Shown here: in pieces, positions 53,414 through 64,000 of the stretch
Layout of the letters: each line of letters begins with the position of its first letter
Position numbering within the stretch: the stretch's first letter is position 1
NCBI GenBank assembly: GCA_013239625.1
Contig: MU054212.1
Coordinates: 4,870,270 to 4,934,269 of the forward strand
Length of the DNA: 64,000 nt
DNA from: Lama guanicoe
Taxonomy: Eukaryota
Direction: 5' to 3'
Made by a program: the position numbers and the translations under genes
The notes under the pieces: model-generated
The model's input: the letters and a program-made list of their open reading frames with translations, nothing else
The model's database searches: none
What the model was told of the DNA's origin: nothing

Positions 53414-55090
53414 ATACAGAAATAAAAATAATTATATGGGAATATTGGACACAACTGACTGCTAACAAGTAAGAAAACCAAGGAAAATTTACAAATTCCT
53501 AGAAAGACAGAATCTACTTAAACTGACTCAAAAATTAGAAAATCTAAGCAGAGCTAAAAATGTGATTGAATATGTAATAAAAAGAAAACTCTCCACAAAG
53601 AAAAGCCTAGGAGCAGATGGCTACACTGGTGAATTCTATCAAGTATTCAAAGAAGACTTTTTTTTTGGCTGTTGCCTCATGAATATTTTTAATTGAAGTA
53701 TAGTTGATATACGATATTATATAAGTTACAGGTGTCCAATATAGTGATTCATAATTTTTAAAGGTTCTACTCCATTTATAGTTACTATAAAATAGTGGCT
53801 ATATTCCTCGTTTTGTACAACATATTCTTGTAGCTTATTTTATACATGATATTTTCAACCTCTTAATACCCTATCCCTGTATGGCCTTCCCAATTTCCCT
53901 CTCCTGACAGGTAACCAATAGTTTGTTCTCTGTACCTGTGAGCTTGCTTCTTTTTTGTTATATTCACTGCACGTAGGAACTCCTAATCTACTTCTCTTTT
54001 CTCCACATCCTCACCAACATTTGTTACTTGCATTCTTTTTGATGGTAGCCATTCTAACAGATGCGAGGTGATATCTCATTGTGAATATGATTTGCATTTC
54101 TCTGATAATTAGTGATGTTGAGCATCTTTTAATGTGCCTGTTGGCTGTTTGCACGTTCTCTTTGGAATATTGTCTATTCAGTTCTTCTGCCTATTTTTAA
54201 CCAGTTGTTTGTTCCTTTGATGTGGGGTTGTATGAGCTGTTTGTATATTTTGGATATTAACTATGTGTTGGTCATATCATTTACAAATATTTTCTCCCAT
54301 TCAGTAGGTTGTCTTTTCATTTTGTTTATGTTTTCTTTGCTCTGCAAAAGCTTTTAAGTTTAATTAAATCCCATTGTTTTATTTTTACTTTTATTTCCTT
54401 TGCTTTAGGAGGAAGATCCAAAAAATTATTGCTATGATTTCTGTCAAAGAGTGGTCTGTCTTTGTTTTCCCCTAGGATTTTTGTGTTTTCCAGTCTTATA
54501 TTTAAATATTTAATACATTTTGAGTTTATTTTTGTATATGGTGTTATAAATGTTCTAATTAGAAGATTTAACTCCAGTCCGTCAGAAACTTCTCAAAAAA
54601 TTAAAGTTAGAGAGACTAGTCCCAATTCGTTCTATGAGACTTAGTATTAGCCAGGTACCAAAACCCATCAAAAGAAAATATAGACCAATTTCCCTTATAA
54701 GTATAGACACAAAAATCTTTAATAGAACACTTGCAAACCAAATTCAGCAACACATAAACTATATTTCACACCATGGTAAGTGGGATTTATCCCAAGGATG
54801 TAAGATTGGCTCAAAATGTGATATTCAATCAATGTAATATACCATATTAATATAATAAAGTACAAAACCACACAATTATCTCTATAGGCATAGAAAAAAT
54901 TGGCAAATGCCAACATCCTTTTGTGATTAAAAGCTTTCAACCAAGAATAGAAGGGAATTTCCTCAACCTGATAAAAACTATATATGAAAAACTCACACCA
55001 TCAATATATAAAATGGTAAAAGGCTAGATGTGTACCTTGGAAGATCAAGAACAAGAAGGGGTGTTGACAACTGCCACTTTATTCAACATT
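53414..55090 (+). mobile_element. Older L1 ORF2 fragment (53414-53659 and 54558-55090) split by a nested L1
   Basis: The left piece decays from '...KKSPGPDGFTGEFYQTFKEE'; the right piece resumes at '...PNSFYE...YRPISLISIDTKIFNRTLANQIQQHI' and runs to PLLFNI-like 'ccactttattcaacatt'. Confidence 0.9.
53660..54557 (-). mobile_element. Younger antisense L1 3' portion (artiodactyl-type 3' UTR and ORF2 C-terminal part, internal deletion near 53970)
   Basis: 'tttaattgaagtatagttgat...ttacaggtgtccaatatagtgattc', 'gaggtgatatctcattgtg...tttgcatttctctgataattagtgatgttgagcatcttt'. Confidence 0.9.
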
Positions 55091-55094
55091 TTAT

Positions 55095-55655
55095 CATCTC
55101 TCCTTCCTAGCTTTACACTTTTGAAAAGGCCTAGAAATAACCACCCATCAAGTAGAAGTGACCAATCCTAGGGATCAGATTTTGGTCTTGCCAAAAAGCC
55201 TTGTTTCTAAAGCTAACTTTGCAGCTGTAAAACATACTGCTGTTCCTTCACTTTTGGTTTCTAAATCTTAAGCAAAATGCCTCATGAGGCTAATGCTAAC
55301 TCATAACTACGCAGGGAAGAGAAAAATGATGCAAAATAGCTCTCGTCTCGCAAAATTGACATGATATAAACCCACCACATACAATGTCTATTGTTGCACA
55401 TGTGGGCTATGAAGAATCATAAGGGAAATTCATATAAAAGTCAGAAGAAGGATTATGTGTAGAAAAGAGGAGGACGGTGTGATTTAAACAGGTAAATAAA
55501 GGAGTTTTTGAAGTGGATAGCAAAATTCTGTCTTGAATTAAGTTGTCATTACAAAGTGTTCACCTCATAATATTATTCATTAATCTGTACTGTTGTTTCA
55601 AATGGTTTTATGTATCTATGTTTTATTTTGCAATAAAGTATTAAAAAAAGAAAAG
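55095..55655 (+). mobile_element. L1MC-type 3' UTR remnant
   Basis: 'cctagggatcagattttggt', 'ttggtttctaaat' and terminal 'gttttattttgcaataaagtattaaaaaaa'. Confidence 0.55.
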
Positions 55656-57419
55656 ATTAATTTTTTTGAAGTACCAGTGGAATATTCAAGGAGACATCAA
55701 GTATAACTTTACATATGTTTGGAGTTCTAGTGTGACATTAGAGTTAGAAATACAGATTTTTTTTAAGAGTGCGGAGTCATAGGAGAGTGAGAAATGCAAA
55801 AAAGAGACTAGAACTAAGACCAAAGCCATGGGGCAGGCAAATGAAGATACTGAATATAATGCTGAAAAAAGAAGGAAAGAAAAAAATAGCTGAAGGTACT
55901 ATTTATGGTGATCTGTATACCAATTAGTTATAGTTACATGAAAATTTATACAAAAGTGTTTTCTGAATAATTGTTCTCATTGTGAGTACATGTGGTAAAG
56001 AAACAGACACATGCGAGCAGGTTATATGCTTTCTAGCAGTCAACAAACTCTTCTTGCTCTAAACATTCGCAACAAATGTCAAGTTCGTAGAAAAATTATT
56101 GGAAATGATCTTTTGTTTCCCATAATATGTCAAATTTGACATTTTGGTACAACTTTCATTCTACTCATCATTTGCCTGTTTTTTTATTAACCATCACTTT
56201 TTTGTTTTATGCGTCTACTAAGGATGAGAAGCTGTGGCATGAGAATTTGCTTAATTTTTGTTACATTTTTAAGCCCAGGAAAGCACTTATTTTAAAATGA
56301 GTGTTTTGAAGTTTCAGTTCATTCACTCTTAAATAATTTCTTTTTACTATTTTAGGCTTTTTTGTTGGTCTCTTTTAGTGTCCATGGCAATAATTCCATT
56401 TGATTCTCTGAAAAGCAACACAAAATTTTAATCTTGGCATAAACTGTACTTTGAATATTTATACTTTACTCTCTTCAAAGTTGAGCAATTCGTTTTATTA
56501 TAATCAAATGTTTAGTTTAAAAAGCTGAATATCATCACTGTTAACTAAAACATCTATCCTAAGAATAATTTTCACTTAGCAAAATTTCATAGGTTTGATG
56601 ACTCTAAGAATGAGGAATAGGGTATAGACTATAGCATTAGACAAAGTCAGAGCCTAGCCTGCTTATTGCAGCCCTAATGGCCCAGTGGAAATATTTGCAT
56701 CTTAATTCAGGTGGGTATTTCCTTATTATCATGGACTATAGTCAAAAACAATGATGAATCTTTAAATGCATATTAAGTGTTCATTAAAACACAAAACAAA
56801 AATAAAAGCTGCCTTCCTGAGTCGATCAATTTAAATCATAGTAATTGCAGTAAACATTGGTCTTGCACGTGAGAAAGCCAGACTAAAGGCATTGTTTTTT
56901 GTATATAATCATCAAATGTTGCTATGCTCGAAAACAGAGCAAAAGAAAAAGAAGCCTGTCATCAAACCATTTTGGGAAGGATTTCTTCAGTCTTCTATAT
57001 TTTAACAGCTAATCATCAAAGCCAAGTATATCTTTTCTCATCCATGGAAAAGGCATGGCAGGGACGGGAAGAGGTGCTGTTGTACCCAGCACCACCTGAA
57101 ATCTGCCGTTCAGTATAGACTCATAAGCAATGTGAACTCATTTAATATCTCCATACCTCATCTAAAGCATGAGCTTCAAAGTAATGCAATAGTCATACAT
57201 TTTGGTCATAAAAACGGTAAGATTCCAAGTTGCTCACTACTTTTACCAGGTTTTACTAAAATGAATAATGTCACATTAAAACTCAGAGTTATATATAAAA
57301 GTTTCCTAATTTAAAATAATCTATAATTTTCAAGGGACACTAATGAGGCACTCAAGTATAAACACTTGTCTAAAGCCACTCGGTGGTTCATTTTGGAACT
57401 GATTTGTCCTAGTACATCT

Positions 57420-58290
57420 TTCTCCTGCCTTTATGTTTAATGGCTCTGTGTCTTTGTATTAAAAGTATATTTCTTATAGGCAGCATATACCTGGGACTTG
57501 CATTTTTGTATAATGAGTGAAAATCTCTGTCTCTTAACAGATATATTTAGAACATTCTCAGTTAAAATAAATTTTCATGTAGATGGATTAAAATATACCA
57601 TCTTGCTAGACATTTTTAAACCCGTTTAAAGGTGTTACTTTATTATCTTCTTGCTTGCATGAATCTTGAAGAGGTCAACTGTAATTCTTACGCTTACTTT
57701 TCTGTCAGTAATAATTTTTTTCCCTTTATCTGCCTTTAACGTTTTCTCTGACTTAGGTTGTCAGCTGATCGACTATGGCATGAGTAATTTTTTTTCATTT
57801 ATGTTTTTGTTTTGATGTTTTCTCCCTTTGGTGTTCTCTTCGATACTTGGGCATATGATTTAGAATATGTCAATTATTTTTTTAAAATCCTTAGCCATTG
57901 TTTCTTCAGATATTTCTACCGACTTTTTCCCTCTTTCTCTTCCTTCCAAGTTTCCAAGTATGCATATGTTTTACATTGTTGTACATTTTTTAATGCACTA
58001 TTCTCTCTTTTTTCTCCACTCTCATATCAGCCCATAGTGGATGTTTAGCAGTTTTTAAATCATCCTTGCCTGAATTTTCTTGTTCAGTGGCATCTGTCAG
58101 TGCTCTGATTCTGTTTCTAATTACAGGCACTTGTCTTTCGATTTGAACCTAGTTGTTTGCTGTCTGCAACGTCAGTTCTCTCGTGTGTTCAAAAATATCA
58201 TTATTTCTCAGTTCGTTCAGCCATTGTCTTATAAATAAGGTTAGAAGAAACTCTCTTTTCAGTTCTCCATAAATGTTAACAGAAACTGAA
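57420..58290 (-). mobile_element. Old L1M ORF2 start/ORF1/5' remnant
   Basis: 'tttcttataggcagcatata...tgaaaatctctgtctcttaa', 'ttagccattgtttcttcagatattt'. Confidence 0.75.
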
Positions 58291-58294
58291 AATA

Positions 58295-58890
58295 TTTAAC
58301 AGGTGGAAAATTATATGATGATTTAAAAATAGAACTAAAAAGAGAAAACTGAAACACTATGGCAAAACAGAAGTAATAACTTCGGAAAATAGCTCCCACA
58401 TCTAAGGCTGGAGGAACAAAAGGAAGAAGTCAGAGTCATCAGAACCTAAAATCTTGGAAAAGTGGCCCAAGGGATACAGGGCTCAGCTCAAGGAGTAGAG
58501 GGCACTGCTTGGCAAGTGCTATTGTCTGAGGAGCTCGGAAGTACCTCTGTGGTGCTTGGACTCAGACAATTTAGGATGAAGCCCCAGCTGACTAATGCTA
58601 ACAGGAAATTGAAAACAATTGCTGCCATTTTAACTACCTATCCATGGGGAGTGAGAACTGTTGCTAGGGTGACGCTGAGAGGAACGGTGAGCAAATTAGA
58701 TGTATTATGACCACTCAAACTCCTTCAGATTTTCAGTGTCTCTCTTTCTAGTGTTTGCTGTTACTGAATGAAGGTTATAATGAAGCTAGGAAGAAAAAAA
58801 CAAAAAAACAAATGCCTCACCCCAGCACCACCAGTGTATTGAAAGTTAGGTATGACATTGAGAGAAAATAGCCCAATAATCAGTACAAAA
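58295..58890 (-). mobile_element. Ancient LTR remnant (LTR78-like)
   Basis: 'ctaaggctggaggaacaaaaggaagaag...agaacctaaaatcttgga...gggcactgcttggc' resembles antisense LTR78-class sequence. Confidence 0.45.
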
Positions 58891-60601
58891 ATACCTTTGT
58901 ATTATATTAAAAAGTAGATTTATACTGTTCTAAATTATTATATGACAATATAGATTTTATTTGTGTAAAAATATATGTTAAAATATTTTACCTTGTTATA
59001 AAATAACTTTTTTTTTTTTAGTGGCAGGAGTACTTGGGAGATTAAAACACACACACACAAGGAAAAACTGAGAAATTACTAGTGCTATTTTGCATTTTGA
59101 TTCTTCTCTTCTTGCTGTTTAGTTTGATTTCATTGTTTGTTAGTTCACCTTGATAAAGGAGATGTGTAAACCCTAGAATCTACAGATTTGACATTTTAAG
59201 GCTATTAGAATGACCTGTCCACTTCAACAGATGCAATTTCGAAGGGCAGGATTCTCCATGGTGTGATAAAGACAGCTTTGGAAAGCATATCATTGTAAAG
59301 GAGTAAGAATCTTGGGGGGAATAGAGTGAATTGGGATGCTGAGTTTCTCGTGGTGCCTGACAAAATGAGGAATAGAGGACAGATGAGATTAGTATTGATG
59401 GTCACAAGAAACCAGCGGGGTGAGGTAAGAGTGGCGTGAAAGGCAGGGTGCTCTTCCAAGTAATAATTACTTTTGCCCATGGAGTCATGGAGGCAACAGG
59501 AGGATGGTCTTAAATGGAGCATCCAGAACTCTCAGGCTCTTTTCTTATTGCAAAACTATGCAAAATCACACCTGCTGATAGCAAACATAAAAGATGAAGG
59601 AGAAACTAATCAGACAAGCAATGCATAGACACCATAATCTGAGGAGCATAACTAAACCAACCTTAGGGTCTGAGTTTAAAAAGGGGAATTCAGTGGCTCT
59701 GTGAGTTTTTGGAGAAAAGAGTTTGCTGAAGCATGTTATATAGAGGTTTATAAGAAGAACCAGGAATGATAGATACTAAAATTTATGTTAGATGCATCTG
59801 TTTGAAATTAGGAGAGAAAAAGGATCATGAGGCATTGCGTACAATAATTATATGAAGTGATAATAGCAATGAAGATCTACGGCTATTCCTCTCTGTATTG
59901 GGAACCAAGACTTTGTGTAGGGATTTAGCTGTTGCACATTGAACTTTGGAAATGCTTGATTTTTATGTATAGTTTTATGAGGCAAATTGCTAAGTAATAT
60001 GGCTCACTCAAATAAAAGATTGCATTCAAAGAGCTTTAAGTAAAAGAGAGCAATGCATGCAAGTAAAATTGCACTTTCAACAGTAGTGATGGAAAAAGAA
60101 AAACCATATCTGATAATGCCTTTTATTCTTTCCTTTTGAAAAATGAATGCCTAATTTTACTGCATGCTTTTAGTACAATATGTTAGTCCATGAATTTTGT
60201 AGAAGATGAATCCATAGGAAATTATCAGAGCAGCAATTTAAGTCCCAAAGCCTAAATTCAATAGCAGTTGTACATGTATTATTTCAGCAAGCAGTACCAG
60301 ATTTTCACAAACATGCTGACTTATGATGACCAAAATGAGAAATGAATAACCAGCAATGGAGCCTGGATAGCAATAAGTGGAAGTCGGCAGATGGTGTGTG
60401 AATATCATACTGGCACTGGAAAATAACAGAACAGACAGCCATGCTTACTCTGATGACAGATTGACTGCCTAGAAAAACCTTGAATGCACTTGGGGTGTTT
60501 TCCCTAATGTTTTAATTGGAGGCATAAAAGTTCATATTAAGCTCCGTATCAGAAGTGATAAGTCAAATTCAACTTATTGAAGGCTTTGTGTAACTATTTA
60601 A

Positions 60602-60652
60602 TGTGTGTGTGTGTGTATGTGTGTGTGTGTGTGAGAGAGAGAGAAAGAAAGA
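60602..60652. repeat. Compound microsatellite (TG)n(AG)n(AAAG)n
   Basis: Directly visible: TG run with one TA interruption, then AG and AAAG units. Confidence 0.95.
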
Positions 60653-62848
60653 AGGGAATCTACAAACTGAGTAATTAGCATAGAAAATAATCTATTTTTA
60701 CATCATTTAACAAATACTAATGGTTTAGTGGATGCCCTTTGTAATAAAACTAAGTGACCTCAGAAGAGCATGAATATTATACTATTAACTTCATATGATA
60801 TACTGCTTATGATAAAATGTGAAGTTTAATTATTTTCAAAGAAAATATAGCCACTGCAGTGATATAAGCAGAAGCATTGTTCATCTCTACCTTACTTCAA
60901 AAGGTTGTATTAAATCACTGAAACAATAGCTATTTTTATACTGTAATGATGTGTCAGTGTGTCTATATATTTATAGATGAGTCAGAGGCAAATTAAGAAA
61001 TACAGTCTCCCCAAATAAGTAGACATCATAATGCTTGGATTAAATGATCAATAACAAGGGAACATATAGTAGGAACATGAGAAATTTACCATGTAAGGAA
61101 CATGTCAATAATATAATTTGAAGATATGATGCACAGAGGTATCTCTCAAATTTTTAAAACATTGTCATTTTTTTTCAAAAGGATTGTTCAAATAATTATG
61201 CAAGAAATTCTTGACTTTATATATTTATTGTATAAGGTCTCTTCTGACTTGTGCAGGTAGACTATAAATAAATGAGGGAAGAAAACAGATCTTCAAATGT
61301 GATCAAACCATGATAGACTGTCAGTATTATATAAAATGTGTGGTTGGCAATGTATGAGTTTGCCTACTTGAAAAGCAGTAAATACCCTGAGTTTCAGCTT
61401 ATTGATCCACTCACAGTTCACAGAAATTGTTTGTGAAAAAGTCTAATTCACTTTCCTATATGGATGTTTAGTGGAAATTTTAAAAGATTTTGAATAAAAA
61501 TTATATATTCAAAGTCTGAGTCAGTTTTAAGAAATATTTGCCTTAAAATAAGTGGATAATCTAGTATGTTTATTACTTTGATGAATTACACAATACTTAA
61601 ATTTCAGCAACAAATATGTTTTTTAGTGTCATACAGGGAAAAATATGGTTATGAAATGTTTAGAGATGTTTTGGCAGGATTTTCCTCTTTCAAGGTGAAA
61701 ATTGTGAAATCTGGTCTGTGATCCCAAGAAATAGATATTTGAGTAATTCATTTGACTAATGTGTTAATGCTTTTTTGATCCTGTATATGGAATTATATGC
61801 ATATCAGCCTGGTCGGCTCTACAAAGCCAATTTGGAAATAGAATGAGGATGCTCAATAGTTGACCATAAACTCCTTTCTCAGTCTTTCTTTTTATGTACA
61901 ATCTGTAGATAGCATCCAATACACTTGAATCTTATATGCAAGAACTGCTTTTTGGGGAGTTTATTTAGAGAAAGTCCAAAACAGCAAATTAAAAGTAGAT
62001 AAATAAGACAGTTTATTTTCTAGAGCAAGAATAAGAATCCTAGTGTTCATTGTTCACTATGTACTATTGGAGAGATAAAGTTATTAGCAAATGCTGTTAT
62101 CATGTTATCACTCTCACAGTTTAATAAAGAAATGAATGTTTTGCAAACAATATCTAATTTTGAATCCAGCTGTCTAATTGCCTTCATATCAGTTATAATT
62201 TCCAAATGATTATCATCTATGTCATTTTTACTGGCTATTGCCATAATTGAATCAACAGCCACATGTTTTTTACTTAATTTCAAATTAATCTCTGATGTCA
62301 CTTAGCTTTGATATACTTGACACATTTCTTATAGGAACTGATGAAACAGAATAGTCAATCCTTTTCCTGTTATTGAGGAAAAGTGAAAAGTGATCTGTAG
62401 AAAGTTCAGTCATATAAATTACTGTGGAGATGTGCTAAAGAAGGTCAAACAAAAGAATATTCTTTTGATTATTAGAATTTTAAAGTAGTGATGGGACCAA
62501 GGGAATAGCCTCCAAACTGAAATCAAGTGACTAAATTCTGAGAGTAACAGAAAGGCCCTAAAGGAAATAAATTAACCCCAGGATTGACCTTTCAATCAAT
62601 TCTCAATCAGGAATAAAATCTATCTTTTTTAAGTGGGAAAAATAATTTTTTAAAGAGGAAAAAGAGGAAATGGAATCGGCAATTAAGAGATAATAATGCT
62701 ACATCAGATATTTTGGTCAAATTATTTATTCTATGGATAAAGATAAAGCTTAGTATTAAAAATGAAATGTATAGGGCCATATTTTGATTATATATATGAT
62801 TATAACTGTATATATTATATAAATATTGTATATAAATACGTGTATATA

Positions 62849-62963
62849 TAGATGATCGTGTGGCTGACCAAGAGCTGCACCTCCCTGCTGTTGCCCAGCA
62901 CCATGAGAGTTTCGTACTGCATATAGCTAGCCCAGGAAAAGATCAGTAAGTCGGGCCCATCTG
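62849..62963 (+). mobile_element. Internally deleted MER47B/Tigger5-like Tc1/mariner element
   Basis: 'gatcgtgtggctgacc.agagctgc...tgcccagcaccatgagag...cgtactgcatatagctagcccaggaaaagatca' joined directly to the terminal repeat 'gtaagtcgggcccatctg'. Confidence 0.75.
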
Positions 62964-63384
62964 AACTTCCATGCTATTTGGTAAGCAACCATCATCCTGT
63001 TCACTTCAGATACTCACCTCCCAAATCATTCCAGTTGCCCAGAATGCTGTGTCCCCTAACCTAGGAATTTCTGAGTATTTTTATTGTTGTCTTAATACCT
63101 CTCATCAGAGACAGATTTTCAGTGAAGCAAATGAAGTTCGTTTCATGGTCCTTTACTTTCAGTGGCCTCTTCCTGCAAGTACCACTTTGTACTTACATTG
63201 AGAGAGATTCTCCTTCTCCCCACCAGCTGCATCCCAAATTGCAATAGCTCAGTCCCAGTAATATTTGAATGCACTCATGCCTGGCACAAATGGGGTCTCC
63301 AGGACCCTATTCCAATGCTACTCAGCAGCATCTATTCTGGTCATTTAGTGCTTGATTTTGAATATTTTGAGGTCATCCATTTGT

Positions 63385-63630
63385 CACACAAAAAATAAAA
63401 GCAAAGTAATAACACCACCAAATTCAACATAATAAGTACCTCTAGGGACAAGGGAGGAGGATTGAATTCAGGAGGGATTGTGGGTTCTTCAAAAGTTCAG
63501 ATAATATGCTCTGTCTTTATATAAATTGTTGGCACCTTAGCATTTGTTTCATTACTCTTAAAATTATGTTCGTCTATTACATATTACCTTTTGTATAATA
63601 TATTTCATGATTAAACATACATAAAAATAT
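63385..63630 (+). mobile_element. L1ME-type 3' UTR end
   Basis: 'tacctctagggacaagggaggagg...gggttcttcaaaagt...taatatgctctgtcttta...tatttcatgatt'. Confidence 0.5.
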
Positions 63631-64000
63631 AAGGTAAGGTTGGAATCCTCTTATAAGAATTAAGCAGTCCAAACAAGAAGTGTCTAGAGATACATCTGTG
63701 CATGAATATATGAATTTGAACTGCTTATGATTCAAGTATCAAAGCATCAAATTATCTGCAAAAGATATACAAATAATAACAAATTTTCGTTTTTAATAAG
63801 GGTCCTATTTTCTCTGAGTATGGTCACCTATCCTACTTATAAATGAGGCATTTTTAAGCTGTTGCAACTTAGTTTTGCTTTGTGAAGAGGCAAATTTCCA
63901 TAAGCAAGATCATGGATCACTTTCTTAAAAATACAAATTCTAAGCTAGTTCCAAGGCCAAATATATAAGAATATCTTAATTGGCCATGTAGGAATCAATA

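Noticed and set aside
52900..53447. 'atttttaagggactatt' versus 'aattatatgggaatatt' as a TSD of the HSP90AB1 retrocopy
   Set aside because: Partial identity only, and the right copy sits about 15 bp away from the junction, inside L1-derived sequence.
53161..53481. 106-aa ORF as a functional HSP90 exon
   Set aside because: Its N-terminus is antisense L1, the HSP90 part is frameshifted and lacks EEVD, and a genomic poly(A) marks it as a retrocopy.
59205..59522. 105-aa minus-strand ORF
   Set aside because: No recognisable homology; lies in purine-rich sequence resembling a degraded old repeat, possibly L2.

Overview
AT-rich, repeat-dense mammalian non-coding DNA (intergenic or deep intronic). 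I find no intact protein-coding gene, rRNA, true tRNA or CRISPR array. The likely source is a camelid: there is a tRNA-Ala-derived Vic-1-type SINE, artiodactyl-type L1 3' UTRs, and no Alu, B1/B2, Bov or PRE SINE that I could see. Most of the window is old L1, L2, MIR, HAL1, MaLR/ERV LTR and DNA-transposon remnants. Two processed pseudogene fragments are recognisable: the 5' half of RPL31 (+, 22562-22740) and the 3' end of HSP90AB1 with its poly(A) (-, 52917-53413). The standout is a lone CpG island of about 1.1 kb (about 42540-43700). It lies inside the antisense 5' UTR of an ancient L1M element and carries GC boxes and plus-strand splice signals, so it is a candidate L1-derived promoter for a spliced transcript. 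Repeat family names come from recalled consensus sequences, not from a search; subfamily calls and most repeat boundaries are approximate.
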